Shown: in pieces, positions 49,266-58,994 of the stretch | Numbering within the stretch: the first letter of the stretch is position 1 | How the letters are laid out: each line of letters begins with the position of its first letter | Assembly: GCA_028279065.1 (NCBI GenBank) | Contig: JANQSY010000190.1 | Location: 22,653-86,652 of the forward strand | Length of the DNA: 64,000 bases | Direction: 5' to 3' | From: Cytophagales bacterium | GTDB lineage: Bacteria > Bacteroidota > Bacteroidia > Cytophagales > CCMP332 | Position numbers and translations under genes: made by a program | The notes under the pieces: generated by a model | Databases searched by the model: none | What the model was told of the DNA's origin: nothing | The model's input: only the letters and a program-made list of their open reading frames with translations

Positions 49266-49969
49266 TTTTTTAGGATCAAGTTGTACAGGGGAGTGGCCAG
49301 GGATGCCCCGATTATTGGAATTAGAACAAACAACCATAAATGTGCTGTATATCCTGAAACCAGTGCGGGCCCGAGTGACCTGGCTGGATTCAAGGATGCG
49401 CCTGTTAATGGCCCTATTATCATGGATGCCATGAATATGGTGAAGCCAATTGCAAGGCCCGCAAAGGGTTTAAGCGATCTTGGGCCTGAGGAAAAAACGT
49501 AGATCACGCCCATCAGAATAGATGTCCAAAGTGTTTCAAATCCGATTCCATGCAAAAGACTGGTATTAAGGATAGTGCCACCGAGGAATTTGTTATTAGG
49601 AAACAGCTCTGAAAGAATAAAACTGGCCGAAAAGGCACCCGCGAGCTGGGCAACCAGATAAAACGGGAGTTCAGCCTTTTTCAGGTGGCCAGAAATCGCA
49701 AAAGCAAAGCTCACTGCCGGATTAATGTGCGCTCCTGAAATATTTCCAAATGAATAGACCATCAAAGCCACAATTAATCCGAATGCAAGTGATATCTCAA
49801 AGTTTCCCAGGTTTGACGAAATCTCCTGGCTGTAAACTATTGCACCTGTTCCTATTAGGACCAGTAAAAAGGTTCCAATAAATTCTGAGAGTACTTTTTT
49901 TGTCAATGATATGTCAATATCCAAACGGGGTATGGGGTCTAGGCTCAATGAACCTGAACAAGGATGCAA
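49262..49969 (-). CDS. MIP-family channel (aquaporin/aquaglyceroporin), candidate arsenite channel
   Basis: Two NPA boxes are present (HINPAVSF and SLNPARSL) within 6 TM segments. The start is uncertain. The track start at 49969 is TTG, and a TTG at 49906 would give the typical MTKKVLSEFIGTF N-terminus. Confidence 0.88.
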   Translation of the reverse strand: MHPCSGSLSLDPIPRLDIDISLTKKVLSEFIGTFLLVLIGTGAIVYSQEISSNLGNFEISLAFGLIVALMVYSFGNISGAHINPAVSFAFAISGHLKKAELPFYLVAQLAGAFSASFILSELFPNNKFLGGTILNTSLLHGIGFETLWTSILMGVIYVFSSGPRSLKPFAGLAIGFTIFMASMIIGPLTGASLNPARSLGPALVSGYTAHLWLFVLIPIIGASLATPLYNLILKK

Positions 49970-49996
49970 TATTATGGGAGTAATATTATTTCAAGG

Positions 49997-50380
49997 TTAA
50001 AGGCTCTTTAACTCTTCCTTCAGGGCTCTTGGGAGAGAATTTGCTACCAGGGCATATGAATGATCCAGTAATTCCTTGACAAGAGATTCAGGAAGGCTGC
50101 CATCCATGAATACAGAATTCCAATTCTTCTTGTTCATATGCCAACCGGGTTTAATGGCATCATATTCCTCCCTTAATTGTGCTGCCTTTTCCGGGTCGCA
50201 TTTCATGTTTATAAAGGCAAAAGGACCAAGAGGCTCTCCAGCCACAACTCCATCTCCAATATCGGTTATGGCAAATATCTTTCCCATTACTCTCATGCAT
50301 GATGTGGCTGGGTCAAACGGAAAATCTTCCGTTACTCCTTTTTTGGACAAGCAATAGTCTCTGTATTCTCCGTAATCCAT
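49997..50380 (-). CDS. MmcQ/YjbR-family protein
   Basis: 127-aa ORF. The N-terminal Y.L.KKGVTEDFPFD and WNSV blocks are typical of YjbR/CyaY-like fold proteins. Confidence 0.7.
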   Translation of the reverse strand: MDYGEYRDYCLSKKGVTEDFPFDPATSCMRVMGKIFAITDIGDGVVAGEPLGPFAFINMKCDPEKAAQLREEYDAIKPGWHMNKKNWNSVFMDGSLPESLVKELLDHSYALVANSLPRALKEELKSL

Positions 50381-50381
50381 T

Positions 50382-50906
50382 TTATTGATTCAGTATTCTC
50401 ATGTATTTGGTCCAGGGCCCAACATCATCTTTGAATTGCCTGGCTACGACTCTGCAAATTTGGGAAATATGGCTAAGGTCATGAGTTGTCCACGCAGAAA
50501 TAAGCTGTTTTAAAGTCACTTCTCCGAATTCTGGGTGAATCCCGACCATCTTCCATTTTTCTTCAGTCCAGTCAATGGCCTGAAGCTTTTCAAGGTTCTT
50601 TTCCCTTTTCAATTGGAAGTCATCCAATAGGCCTCTGATGGATGAATCCTCATGTATTTTCAAGTGGGCGAATCTATCAAAAGGGTCAAACTTGAGATCA
50701 TTTTTTTGCTGAAGAATAATATCCATCCTAGGAATCCAGTCGGTGTCTTCACAATATATCAGATGTCTTAGGATTTCATGAGGTGTCCAGGTCTCTGGCC
50801 CCTCGTTGGCTTTAAGCATTGGATCAGGTAGATCCAAAAGAATAGATCTTAATGTATCTGGGGTTCTTCGAAGAAGGTCAAGATTAATTTCTAAAGAAAA
50901 TTCCAT
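50382..50906 (-). CDS. DinB-family (DinB_2-like) metal-dependent protein
   Basis: 174-aa ORF with a four-helix DinB pattern. Conserved His residues are present (ILRHLIYCED ... WTTHDLSHISQI). Confidence 0.7.
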   Translation of the reverse strand: MEFSLEINLDLLRRTPDTLRSILLDLPDPMLKANEGPETWTPHEILRHLIYCEDTDWIPRMDIILQQKNDLKFDPFDRFAHLKIHEDSSIRGLLDDFQLKREKNLEKLQAIDWTEEKWKMVGIHPEFGEVTLKQLISAWTTHDLSHISQICRVVARQFKDDVGPWTKYMRILNQ

Positions 50907-51066
50907 AAGTGGAAAAATAGCAATTGCCTGTTCCAGAATGATAAACGGGTTTGTTCAACCCTTCATTATCCCTATTTTTAAGACATATTAGGAAGTATGC
51001 CCTTACCTTTTTGCTATTACCCAGATGTATTGAAAGATAGGGTTAGGGCATTATCAAATTGATTAG

Positions 51067-53256
51067 ATGAATTCAACTTGGATAAAATTAGCTGCAGTTT
51101 TCTTTGTGTTGGCATTTTTCACTGCATCCGCAGGATTTGGCCAAACCTGTAATCCCTGTTTTGCAATTGTTGATGGAGGGAATTGGAACAGTGCTGCTTC
51201 CTGGTCGAACAGTTCCGGTGGCGGTGCCACCACAAATGTACCTGGTGCCGGTGATACCATCATAATAGGTGAAGCGGGAAACATGAACATCAACCTTACT
51301 GCTAGCACAAGCATCGCCAAGATTAAAATCCATGGCACAGGTTCGTTAACCTACAATGCCTCCAATGTAAATCTTACCATTACCGATGGTGATAGCTTGA
51401 TCCTTATGGATGGAAGTCAGATCAATGAAAATAGCCAGACAAATGCGAGAATAATTATTTCCGGAACTTCATCTCTAGATATTTTGGCTGAGGGCACAGG
51501 GACCAGAATAAATAATGTGGATCTTTTTCAAGTCCAGAATACCGGTACCACTACATTTTATGGCTCTGGAGATATTTTGGTAAATGGACAATTCAGGTGG
51601 TTGGCAAGTTCAGTTGGTGCAAATAATATGACCGGAAACTTGAATGTAGCGAGTTTTATATTTTTTGGAAGCAATCAAACATTTACCAATAATGGAAGGG
51701 TGAATTGTTCAGGAAATATTGAACTTCAGGGCGCTAATACAAACTTCACCAACAACGATACAATTGTTTGCGGGAATAGTATGGCCAGCAACGGGTCTGG
51801 TGATGATGGACATGTATTGAACAATAATGATTATTGGGAAGTCACCGGAAACATCGATTTTTTTGATGCGGATTGGACTATTAATAATTCAGCCACCTTT
51901 GTTCACTCTGGGGACTTTGCTCAAACAGCTGGGTCCGAAGTAATCAATAACCTTAACGGGGGAACGTGGTATACTGCCGCAGCTTCTCATTCAGGGATTA
52001 CAATGAACTGTGACGATGCCACCAATACTTTCGTCTACAACGGATCTGGGGCTCAAGATGTCTTTGTGCCAAGCGATGGTGAGTACTCGAACCTTACTTT
52101 TGAGAATACCGGTCTCAAGACAATAACAGGTGGGGTTATTGTACAGGAAACCCTGACCCTTACGGCTGGGAACATAGATATTTCCTCAAATTCGGTCACC
52201 CTTGGAACGGCGCCTGGGACTCCTGGTACATTAGTATATACAGATGGTGGATTCTATGGCGGCAACTTCATAAGATACTTTGATGCCGCCACCGTCGCGG
52301 ATGGAAACATTGCTGGTATGTTCCCCATGGCGAACAGCACACCCGATGTAAGACCTCTGTTCATTTCTGCTCCTTCGGTTGCTCCGTCGACTGGTGGGAC
52401 GATCACTGTTTCGACCTCCAACATCACCACGGTAACGGATGTCAGTGTAGCCGATGATCAAACAATACTCAGAAGATACGATGGGAATTGGACGGTGAGC
52501 TCAGGGGGAGGACTAGCAGGTGGAACCTATAATGTTAGAGGAGGTGGGACAGGATTCGGAGAGATCGGGGATGTGACTGATCTCAGGTTGATGCAAAGTG
52601 GTTCAGTGGTTGGGTCTCCCGGGACAAATGGCGGCACAACTGTCAACCCGGAGGTTAATAGGACTGGCCTAACCGTTGCCGAGTTAGGCAATGATTTTTT
52701 CGTAGGATCTGTTGCGGCAATCAGGTCACCACTCCCTGTCGATCTACTTGATTTTTCGGCTGAGTGCTTCAAGGACAAAGTGGCAGTTTCCTGGATCGTG
52801 GCAGAAGAAGATTACCCAGTTCTGATCCTCGAGAGGTCATTTGATGGTCTAGTTTGGAGCAGGATTGAAGAAGAAAATATTCTTAAAATGGAATCAAATC
52901 CTTCAGGCTATCATTCATGTATTCCAGCATCAAATAAAATGGAGTATTTCAGGTTGATAGACCCAACTGATGCTGAAATAGCAGGTATAAAAAATGTTTT
53001 TTGTACCGATGTTGAAGATGAGCTGAAAGCCTATCCCAACCCCGCCGATGAATCCTTTTTTATCTTGGGATCGACTGAAATTGTTGGATTTGATTTCAGG
53101 GATAGTCGAGGAAATATTATCCTTCGTGAACAAGGTAGGATAAACACCTTTCCAATCAGAATCATTACGGCATCCCTCACTGAGGGAATCTATCTCTTAA
53201 GGATGTACCGGGAAGATGGTTCCGTGACGATCAAAAGAATGACGGTCTCGCACTGA
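51067..53256 (+). CDS. large secreted Asn/Gly/Thr-rich surface protein with T9SS type A C-terminal sorting domain
   Basis: 729-aa ORF with a signal peptide (AAVFFVLAFFTASAGFGQ) and a low-complexity beta-rich body. The last ~77 aa (nt 53023-53253) read LKAYPNPADESFFI...GIYLLRMYREDGSVTIKRMTV, typical of a Por/T9SS CTD. Confidence 0.8.
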   Translation: MNSTWIKLAAVFFVLAFFTASAGFGQTCNPCFAIVDGGNWNSAASWSNSSGGGATTNVPGAGDTIIIGEAGNMNINLTASTSIAKIKIHGTGSLTYNASNVNLTITDGDSLILMDGSQINENSQTNARIIISGTSSLDILAEGTGTRINNVDLFQVQNTGTTTFYGSGDILVNGQFRWLASSVGANNMTGNLNVASFIFFGSNQTFTNNGRVNCSGNIELQGANTNFTNNDTIVCGNSMASNGSGDDGHVLNNNDYWEVTGNIDFFDADWTINNSATFVHSGDFAQTAGSEVINNLNGGTWYTAAASHSGITMNCDDATNTFVYNGSGAQDVFVPSDGEYSNLTFENTGLKTITGGVIVQETLTLTAGNIDISSNSVTLGTAPGTPGTLVYTDGGFYGGNFIRYFDAATVADGNIAGMFPMANSTPDVRPLFISAPSVAPSTGGTITVSTSNITTVTDVSVADDQTILRRYDGNWTVSSGGGLAGGTYNVRGGGTGFGEIGDVTDLRLMQSGSVVGSPGTNGGTTVNPEVNRTGLTVAELGNDFFVGSVAAIRSPLPVDLLDFSAECFKDKVAVSWIVAEEDYPVLILERSFDGLVWSRIEEENILKMESNPSGYHSCIPASNKMEYFRLIDPTDAEIAGIKNVFCTDVEDELKAYPNPADESFFILGSTEIVGFDFRDSRGNIILREQGRINTFPIRIITASLTEGIYLLRMYREDGSVTIKRMTVSH

Positions 53257-55707
53257 TCAGAAATCATCATCAGGGATGCTTCCTCCTGATGATCTTCCTC
53301 TATTTCTTTTCTTTTGCTCCGTTTGATTAAAGCGGTAAGTGACCGTCAGAATTACTATCGGGCCGTAGCGGTAATCGAGATTATAGTTCCTGAAATCAGA
53401 TCCTTCGGATATGGTCTCTCTTCTCTCAGTTTCGAAGATGTTTTGAAGTTGTAAAGTAGCTGTGAACTTCTTTTTTAAGAAATCCTGGGCTAAGGCAGCA
53501 TCAATTCCCCAGAATCCTTCTCTTGTACCCTGAGCAGTAGCAGTTGCACTGACATATCGTGTGCTTACCTGAACCCTGGCATCCTTTTTTATGATGAAGT
53601 TGTTGTTCATTCTGGAGTTCCAGTTCAAACTTTCCTGGTAGAACGGCTCATCCTGAAGAACCCCTTCAACTATATAATGGAAAATATTTGCTGACATATC
53701 TGCTTTCCACCATTTCCTGATCCCGATATTCAAGGCCAATTCGGTTCCAAAGAAATAATCCCGGCCTACATTTTCAGGAAGTGTTTTCATTATATTCTCT
53801 TCGTAAACTTCCTGAACCCTTTCCACCTTGTTGTTAGTGATCCGGTAATAGAGTTCAGCTGACAAGAAGTTTTTGCCAAATCCCTTACGGTAGTTCAGTT
53901 CAAAGGAATTCACATATTCCGGCAAGAGATTTGGGTTTCCCTGACGCACATTAAAAGCATCTACCACTGTGATAAAAGGCTCCAACCACCAGGACCTTGG
54001 CCTTTCAATTCTTCTCGAATAGCTTGCCATGATCTGTTGGTCATTTTCAAGATTAATGGATAAGTGACCTGAAGGGAAGTAATCAAATCTGTCGATATAG
54101 AATTCATCAGAAGAAACCGATGAATTGATTGTTCGATAGGTGTATTCCCCCCTTAATCCAAGCTGATATCCGAACCTGCCTTTTTGATCTCCAAACAATG
54201 CATACAATGCGTGTATATCCCTATCATATTCGGTGTAATTGGAGAATTCCTCATTGTAAACATAATCTCCCAGCAAGGTATCGTATTCATATAGTTTTGT
54301 GTCATCGGTACTTTTGCCAATCCTGCTTTGATAACCTGTTTCAAACTTTCCTTTCAAGCCTATCGGCAAGGAGTACTGGAGATCGGTTTGAAAAACATTG
54401 GCCGGGCCGTCTTCTGTATTCCTTTGTCCTGAAGTGATGCTTCCATCGAGATCCGCAAGGAAATTGACCGAATACTCACGTATGTCCCTGTTTCGGGAGC
54501 TGATTTGAAGTGAAAGGGTATGGTTCTTTGCGAATTCATGGATGTAATTGAAGTTTACAGACCAGAAGTCCATGTCGAAATGGTGCTCATTCACACTCCT
54601 GTACCTGTTTAATGTGTCGATTGCAGTTGAGCCCTCCTCATAATCAAGGTCGGACTGTCTTGAACGCTCTCTGTACCCGTAATTGAATTCAAGGTTAAAA
54701 CCATCCTTTGGACTTGGATTAAAAGCGATTCCACCTCTAAAATTCCAGAAAAATCTATCGCTGTAGGTCTCTCCCGAATATCTTGTGAAAAAGGTATCCG
54801 AATCAATGGTGATCCGCTCTCCCTCAGTATGACCCGGGAAATATCTTCGGTTAAAATCTCCTCCGACAAAGTAATTCCATTTCTTTTTACGAAGGTTAAG
54901 AAGTAGGTCCCCACCATATTTTCGGTCGATCCCTATGTTGGCATTTGCTATCCCATTGAACCCCTCTTTTTTGTCCTTTTTAGTGACAATATTTATGATC
55001 CCCGCTGTTCCATCCGGAACATATTTGGCCGAGGGATTGGTGATGATCTCAATATTCTCGATAGAGTTTGCAGGTATTTGCTGAAGGGCTTCTGAACTTT
55101 CAAGGATGGTAGGTCTTCCATCGATCAAAACCATGAATCCCGTGGAACCCCTCAATGCTACACTTCCATCAATGTCTACAGTAACAGAGGGTACATTCAT
55201 CAGGATGTCCACCGCAGTTCCGGACTTTCCGGTGATCTGCTGATCCACGTTGACGATCTTTTTATCTATCTGATACTCAATGGGTGGTTTTTCGGCAGTG
55301 ATCTCCACCTCTTCCAGTTCCTTCACATCTCTTTCTACCAGTATCGTTCCAAGGTCAATGCTTGGATTTTCAGCACTGGGAAATATTTTGCTAAGAGTTT
55401 TTTTGGTGTATCCTACCGAAGAGATCTCGACGTAGTATTCCTGAAATTCGATGCCCTTAAAGCGAAAACGACCTTCCTCATCTGTTATCACTCCGGCAAC
55501 CACCTTTCCTGACTCAATGTAAAGGCCTACCGAGGCAAAAGGTACACCCTCTTTTGTAGCCGCATCGATTACCATTCCCTTTATATCACCCTTGCCTTTT
55601 TCCCCATCGGGCTTAGCCATGCCATGTAGGGAAAAAAGAAATAGAATTGAAGAAAGGATCGATGCATATCGAATCCCTTTTTTTATAATCCTGTGAAGAT
55701 CAATCAT
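53257..55707 (-). CDS. TonB-dependent receptor-like outer-membrane protein with N-terminal carboxypeptidase-regulatory-like domain
   Basis: The CarbopepD_reg-like start is IKGMVIDAATKEGVPFASVGLY. A plug region follows (VDILMNVPSVTVDIDGSVALRG...ILIDGRP). A long beta-barrel ends in TYRFN. I prefer ATG 55707, and an alternative TTG lies at 55722. Confidence 0.82.
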   Translation of the reverse strand: MIDLHRIIKKGIRYASILSSILFLFSLHGMAKPDGEKGKGDIKGMVIDAATKEGVPFASVGLYIESGKVVAGVITDEEGRFRFKGIEFQEYYVEISSVGYTKKTLSKIFPSAENPSIDLGTILVERDVKELEEVEITAEKPPIEYQIDKKIVNVDQQITGKSGTAVDILMNVPSVTVDIDGSVALRGSTGFMVLIDGRPTILESSEALQQIPANSIENIEIITNPSAKYVPDGTAGIINIVTKKDKKEGFNGIANANIGIDRKYGGDLLLNLRKKKWNYFVGGDFNRRYFPGHTEGERITIDSDTFFTRYSGETYSDRFFWNFRGGIAFNPSPKDGFNLEFNYGYRERSRQSDLDYEEGSTAIDTLNRYRSVNEHHFDMDFWSVNFNYIHEFAKNHTLSLQISSRNRDIREYSVNFLADLDGSITSGQRNTEDGPANVFQTDLQYSLPIGLKGKFETGYQSRIGKSTDDTKLYEYDTLLGDYVYNEEFSNYTEYDRDIHALYALFGDQKGRFGYQLGLRGEYTYRTINSSVSSDEFYIDRFDYFPSGHLSINLENDQQIMASYSRRIERPRSWWLEPFITVVDAFNVRQGNPNLLPEYVNSFELNYRKGFGKNFLSAELYYRITNNKVERVQEVYEENIMKTLPENVGRDYFFGTELALNIGIRKWWKADMSANIFHYIVEGVLQDEPFYQESLNWNSRMNNNFIIKKDARVQVSTRYVSATATAQGTREGFWGIDAALAQDFLKKKFTATLQLQNIFETERRETISEGSDFRNYNLDYRYGPIVILTVTYRFNQTEQKKRNRGRSSGGSIPDDDF

Positions 55708-55795
55708 TAAAATCGCCTGCAAAAATCGGGAAAAACCCTGAATTTTTTTAGTTCAGCCCAGGGGTTAGACAATTGAAACCAGGAAATCTTGCGGC

Positions 55796-56578
55796 TTAGA
55801 AATCCTTTTTTCTGGAAGTAAAAATTATCCCCATGAAAGGGATGATGGTCCAGAAAATCAATGAAAGAGTTGAAATGATTATCCCTGTATTGGTTCCGAA
55901 GAACTTCTTAAAAACAGCACCTGTAAATCCCATGAGGGCTGAGATATCCAACTTCAATAAGATCTGTATCCTTGAAAGACTTATCGGATTCAAAATGGAT
56001 GCTCCAATGGAGAACTTCTCAATTGGATACTCACTAAAAGCGACGAGGAGCAACAACTGAATCCCATCATAGATCACAGCAAAGAATAACCAAACAACGA
56101 TCGCAATACCAAAACCTTTCAGCTTATTCTCGTTCGCTAATCCAATCCATATGGCCAGACCGGAAAAGATCAGGCTCAGAATCACTCCATTGAAAAGAAG
56201 TGTAAGGAAGTTCCAGATCTCCCCTGAGCCGGCAATACCGTAAAAAACAAAGGGTATTCCCACGCCCAGCAAATAGCAAATACCCAGGGAGAGGGATACA
56301 CCCAGGAATAATCCTCCAAATATCCTTTGGCGAGGTAATGGTTGGGCTAAGAGAAGCTCTACGAATTCCCTGGATTGATAGAAATACATACTGCCAAATA
56401 TGGTTGCTATAAGTGGAACAAGAACCAGGGTTATATTCATCAGACTGATTATGGACTTTGAGAGGTCGTTGCTCAGAATGAAGAGTCCTGTGGTGAATAA
56501 CAAATAGAAGACCCCATAATAGAAGATCCAACGACTGCGTATCAGATCCTTGAGACTATATTGAAAGATCCTAAACAT
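55796..56578 (-). CDS. nosY: NosY, ABC-2-type permease of the nitrous-oxide reductase maturation transporter
   Basis: 260-aa ORF with 6 TM segments. It overlaps nosF by 8 nt and is the last gene of the nos cluster. Confidence 0.8.
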   Translation of the reverse strand: MFRIFQYSLKDLIRSRWIFYYGVFYLLFTTGLFILSNDLSKSIISLMNITLVLVPLIATIFGSMYFYQSREFVELLLAQPLPRQRIFGGLFLGVSLSLGICYLLGVGIPFVFYGIAGSGEIWNFLTLLFNGVILSLIFSGLAIWIGLANENKLKGFGIAIVVWLFFAVIYDGIQLLLLVAFSEYPIEKFSIGASILNPISLSRIQILLKLDISALMGFTGAVFKKFFGTNTGIIISTLSLIFWTIIPFMGIIFTSRKKDF

Positions 56579-57287
56579 GGGTAAGGACTTCTTGTTGTGT
56601 CAGGGAGGCTATAGCAGCTTCAAAATCATCTGTATTGTATTTCTTCAAGAGTTCCTCCGGTGTTCCATTGAAGAATACCTTCCCTTCAAGGATAAAGATT
56701 ATTCTGTCGGCAAGTTGATGAACCAAGGTGAGAATATGTGTGGTCAGCAGGATGATCTTTCCTTTCTTTTTCTCTTCGTCTATAAGAGCTTTGAATTCCA
56801 TCAAGGACACCGGATCCAAACCGGCTGTAGGTTCGTCAAGAATCAGGATCGGGCAGTCGAACATCATCGCCGATGTGATACTTACTTTTTGCTTTGTGCC
56901 TCCTGACAGGTATTTAAGTTTTTTGCTTAAAGAAGGTTCAAGCTTGAATTTTTTGATCAAAGGCTCGGCATCTGAGTCGCCCTTCCTGAGAACCTGTACC
57001 ATTTTCAGCAGCTCTGAAGCGTTGAGATTTTCAGGAAATCTTGCGATCTGGGGCAGGAAGGCGATATCCTCCCTATAATCGTAATGATCTCTGATTCTTT
57101 TTCCTTTTACGTATATATCACCTTTTTCCGGGATGACCATACCCAGGATGGATTTTAGAAGAGTGGTTTTTCCAGAGGCATTAGGACCAAGTATGGCGGT
57201 GAGTCCTGGTTCTGAAAACTTCAAATCCAGTCCGTTAAGAACCTGGTTCTTGCCAAATGATTTTTGTAATCCCTGAATTTCTATCAT
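56571..57287 (-). CDS. nosF: NosF, ABC transporter ATP-binding protein
   Basis: Walker A (GPNASGKTT), ABC signature (LSGGTKQK) and Walker B (ILILDEP) are present. It overlaps nosD by 4 nt. Confidence 0.85.
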   Translation of the reverse strand: MIEIQGLQKSFGKNQVLNGLDLKFSEPGLTAILGPNASGKTTLLKSILGMVIPEKGDIYVKGKRIRDHYDYREDIAFLPQIARFPENLNASELLKMVQVLRKGDSDAEPLIKKFKLEPSLSKKLKYLSGGTKQKVSITSAMMFDCPILILDEPTAGLDPVSLMEFKALIDEEKKKGKIILLTTHILTLVHQLADRIIFILEGKVFFNGTPEELLKKYNTDDFEAAIASLTQQEVLTHV

Positions 57288-58525
57288 TTGAGGACTATTT
57301 CAGACCTTGAGATCTTTTTCATCAAAGGCTGCGAATCCAGCACATTGTCCGGAGTGAAAACGGGGCTGATCCGTTCCGCGAAGTTCAATAATTCAACAAA
57401 AAAACTTCTCAGCAGTACAACAGTTTCTGGTGTTTCATTGATAAGGTAATTGAATAGTTTCACCGGCCTGTGAGGGACATCTCCTTTTCCATCTTTATCA
57501 AGGTCATAGCCACTATAATCGCTCCAATAATTTCCATCAAAGGTGTTCCCCTCGATCAAAACATGAACTGAAAGGTCGAAAGTATTGGTCAGGAAATTAT
57601 TTCCTCGAATATGATTATCAAGGCAACCACCGGAAAACTTGAGTGCCCAACCATTATTTTGGAAATCATTGTCAAAGTAATTGATCCTGGTCGATCCCTC
57701 GATGTATATTCCAATGGTGTTCTCCCGAAAAGTATTATTGGCAATTTCGGCATCATAGATCTCTTTGAGGAGTAGGCCATAACTGGAATTTCCCCAATTA
57801 AAGAGGAAATTGTTCCTGTACATATTGATCTTTTTTGAGAACATTACAGCTACCCCCGCTCCATTATTCCTGAATTCGTTTTCAATATACTCGTCCTCGT
57901 TAGAGAACATGAAATGCAAGCCATATCTCAGGTTGTCTGCACTTATATTGCCTTTTATAAGGCTGTTGTCAACAAATTCAAAGTATATCCCATCCCTATG
58001 ATTGGTTACCTGATTGTCAATTATTCTGAGGTTCTTGCAATACCATGCATGGATGGCATTTCCAGAGGTGGATTCTTCAGTCGCATCTCCGGCAACGATG
58101 TTGTTTTCGATCAAGCCATCACCTGCATGCTCCAGGTAGATGCCAAAAAAGGTATTGATAAGCCTGTTATTGGAAACCAAAAAGTGGTTGCTGTCCTTGA
58201 TCCTGATCGCAGCTCTGTCTACCATAAATGAGGTCTCAACATCTTCTAATTGAAGGCCAACTATTTGGACACTATCAGAGATCACAGTGATGATCTCATT
58301 TCCTGTCTTGCTTTTAATTATTGGGAAATCTATTCCCATGACGATTAATGGCTTTGGGATAATAATGGTTTCCAGCTCGTATTCCCCGGGAAAAAAGGTC
58401 AAGGTATCATGGTTTGTGGCTAATTGGATCTTCTTTTCAATAGATTTATTGTTATCACCTGGTTTTACTTCGATGTTTCTTGAATAACAATCAACCAACC
58501 CTGGGAAAAAGAACAGGAAGGACAC
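57284..58525 (-). CDS. nosD: NosD, periplasmic parallel beta-helix maturation protein for nitrous-oxide reductase
   Basis: 413-aa ORF with a GTG start. It contains repeated beta-helix units (NN.I..N..GI.L....N..I..N). It sits between nosL and nosF. Confidence 0.85.
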   Translation of the reverse strand: MSFLFFFPGLVDCYSRNIEVKPGDNNKSIEKKIQLATNHDTLTFFPGEYELETIIIPKPLIVMGIDFPIIKSKTGNEIITVISDSVQIVGLQLEDVETSFMVDRAAIRIKDSNHFLVSNNRLINTFFGIYLEHAGDGLIENNIVAGDATEESTSGNAIHAWYCKNLRIIDNQVTNHRDGIYFEFVDNSLIKGNISADNLRYGLHFMFSNEDEYIENEFRNNGAGVAVMFSKKINMYRNNFLFNWGNSSYGLLLKEIYDAEIANNTFRENTIGIYIEGSTRINYFDNDFQNNGWALKFSGGCLDNHIRGNNFLTNTFDLSVHVLIEGNTFDGNYWSDYSGYDLDKDGKGDVPHRPVKLFNYLINETPETVVLLRSFFVELLNFAERISPVFTPDNVLDSQPLMKKISRSEIVLK

Positions 58526-58550
58526 AAAAACCCTGCACCAATTGGAAAAA

Positions 58551-58994
58551 CTAGTTGTCTGGATCTGGATGATAATTCTTAAACCTTTCTCTAAGCTGGC
58601 TCCAAGTTAAGATGATGTCTTCGTTTTCCATCCCTACTTTTTTTGCTGCGTTGGTATCTGGAAAAGCCGTAAGAAAGGCCCCCATCGGACTTGGTATCTT
58701 CTTGGAAATAAGGAAAGCTGAATTTTCCGCATCGATCAGTACTCCAGGGTCTTCATAGTTACAGGCATAGTATTTTTCAAATCCTTTCTTGGGCGACTGG
58801 ATATCCATATTTACCATGCACTCTATGGCATCGAAATTATATACCTTCCCTTTGGAGGTGATCGCCTGGGCCGCATGCTGTTGATCCACAATGGTCATTT
58901 TGCAATAATGGCAGGTCTGCTCACCAAAAAAGATCGGCTCTGGTCCGTTGCCACAGCCGACCAAAAACACCAACCAAGTGAAGTGCTTTCTCAA
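58551..58994 (-). CDS. nosL: NosL, copper-chaperone lipoprotein
   Basis: The NosL-type block CHYCKMTIVDQQHAAQ is present. The likely start is TTG at 58992-58994, overlapping the upstream TGA stop (TTGA). This gives the lipoprotein signal MRKHFTWLVFLVGC. The track start is 59018. Confidence 0.8.
   Translation of the reverse strand: MRKHFTWLVFLVGCGNGPEPIFFGEQTCHYCKMTIVDQQHAAQAITSKGKVYNFDAIECMVNMDIQSPKKGFEKYYACNYEDPGVLIDAENSAFLISKKIPSPMGAFLTAFPDTNAAKKVGMENEDIILTWSQLRERFKNYHPDPDN

Noticed and set aside
55731-55763. A weak hairpin plus T5 between nosY and the TonB-dependent receptor could be a terminator.
   Set aside because: It has only 5 bp and an 18-nt loop, which is too weak to call as a feature. 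It is noted as a caveat in the TonB-dependent receptor finding.
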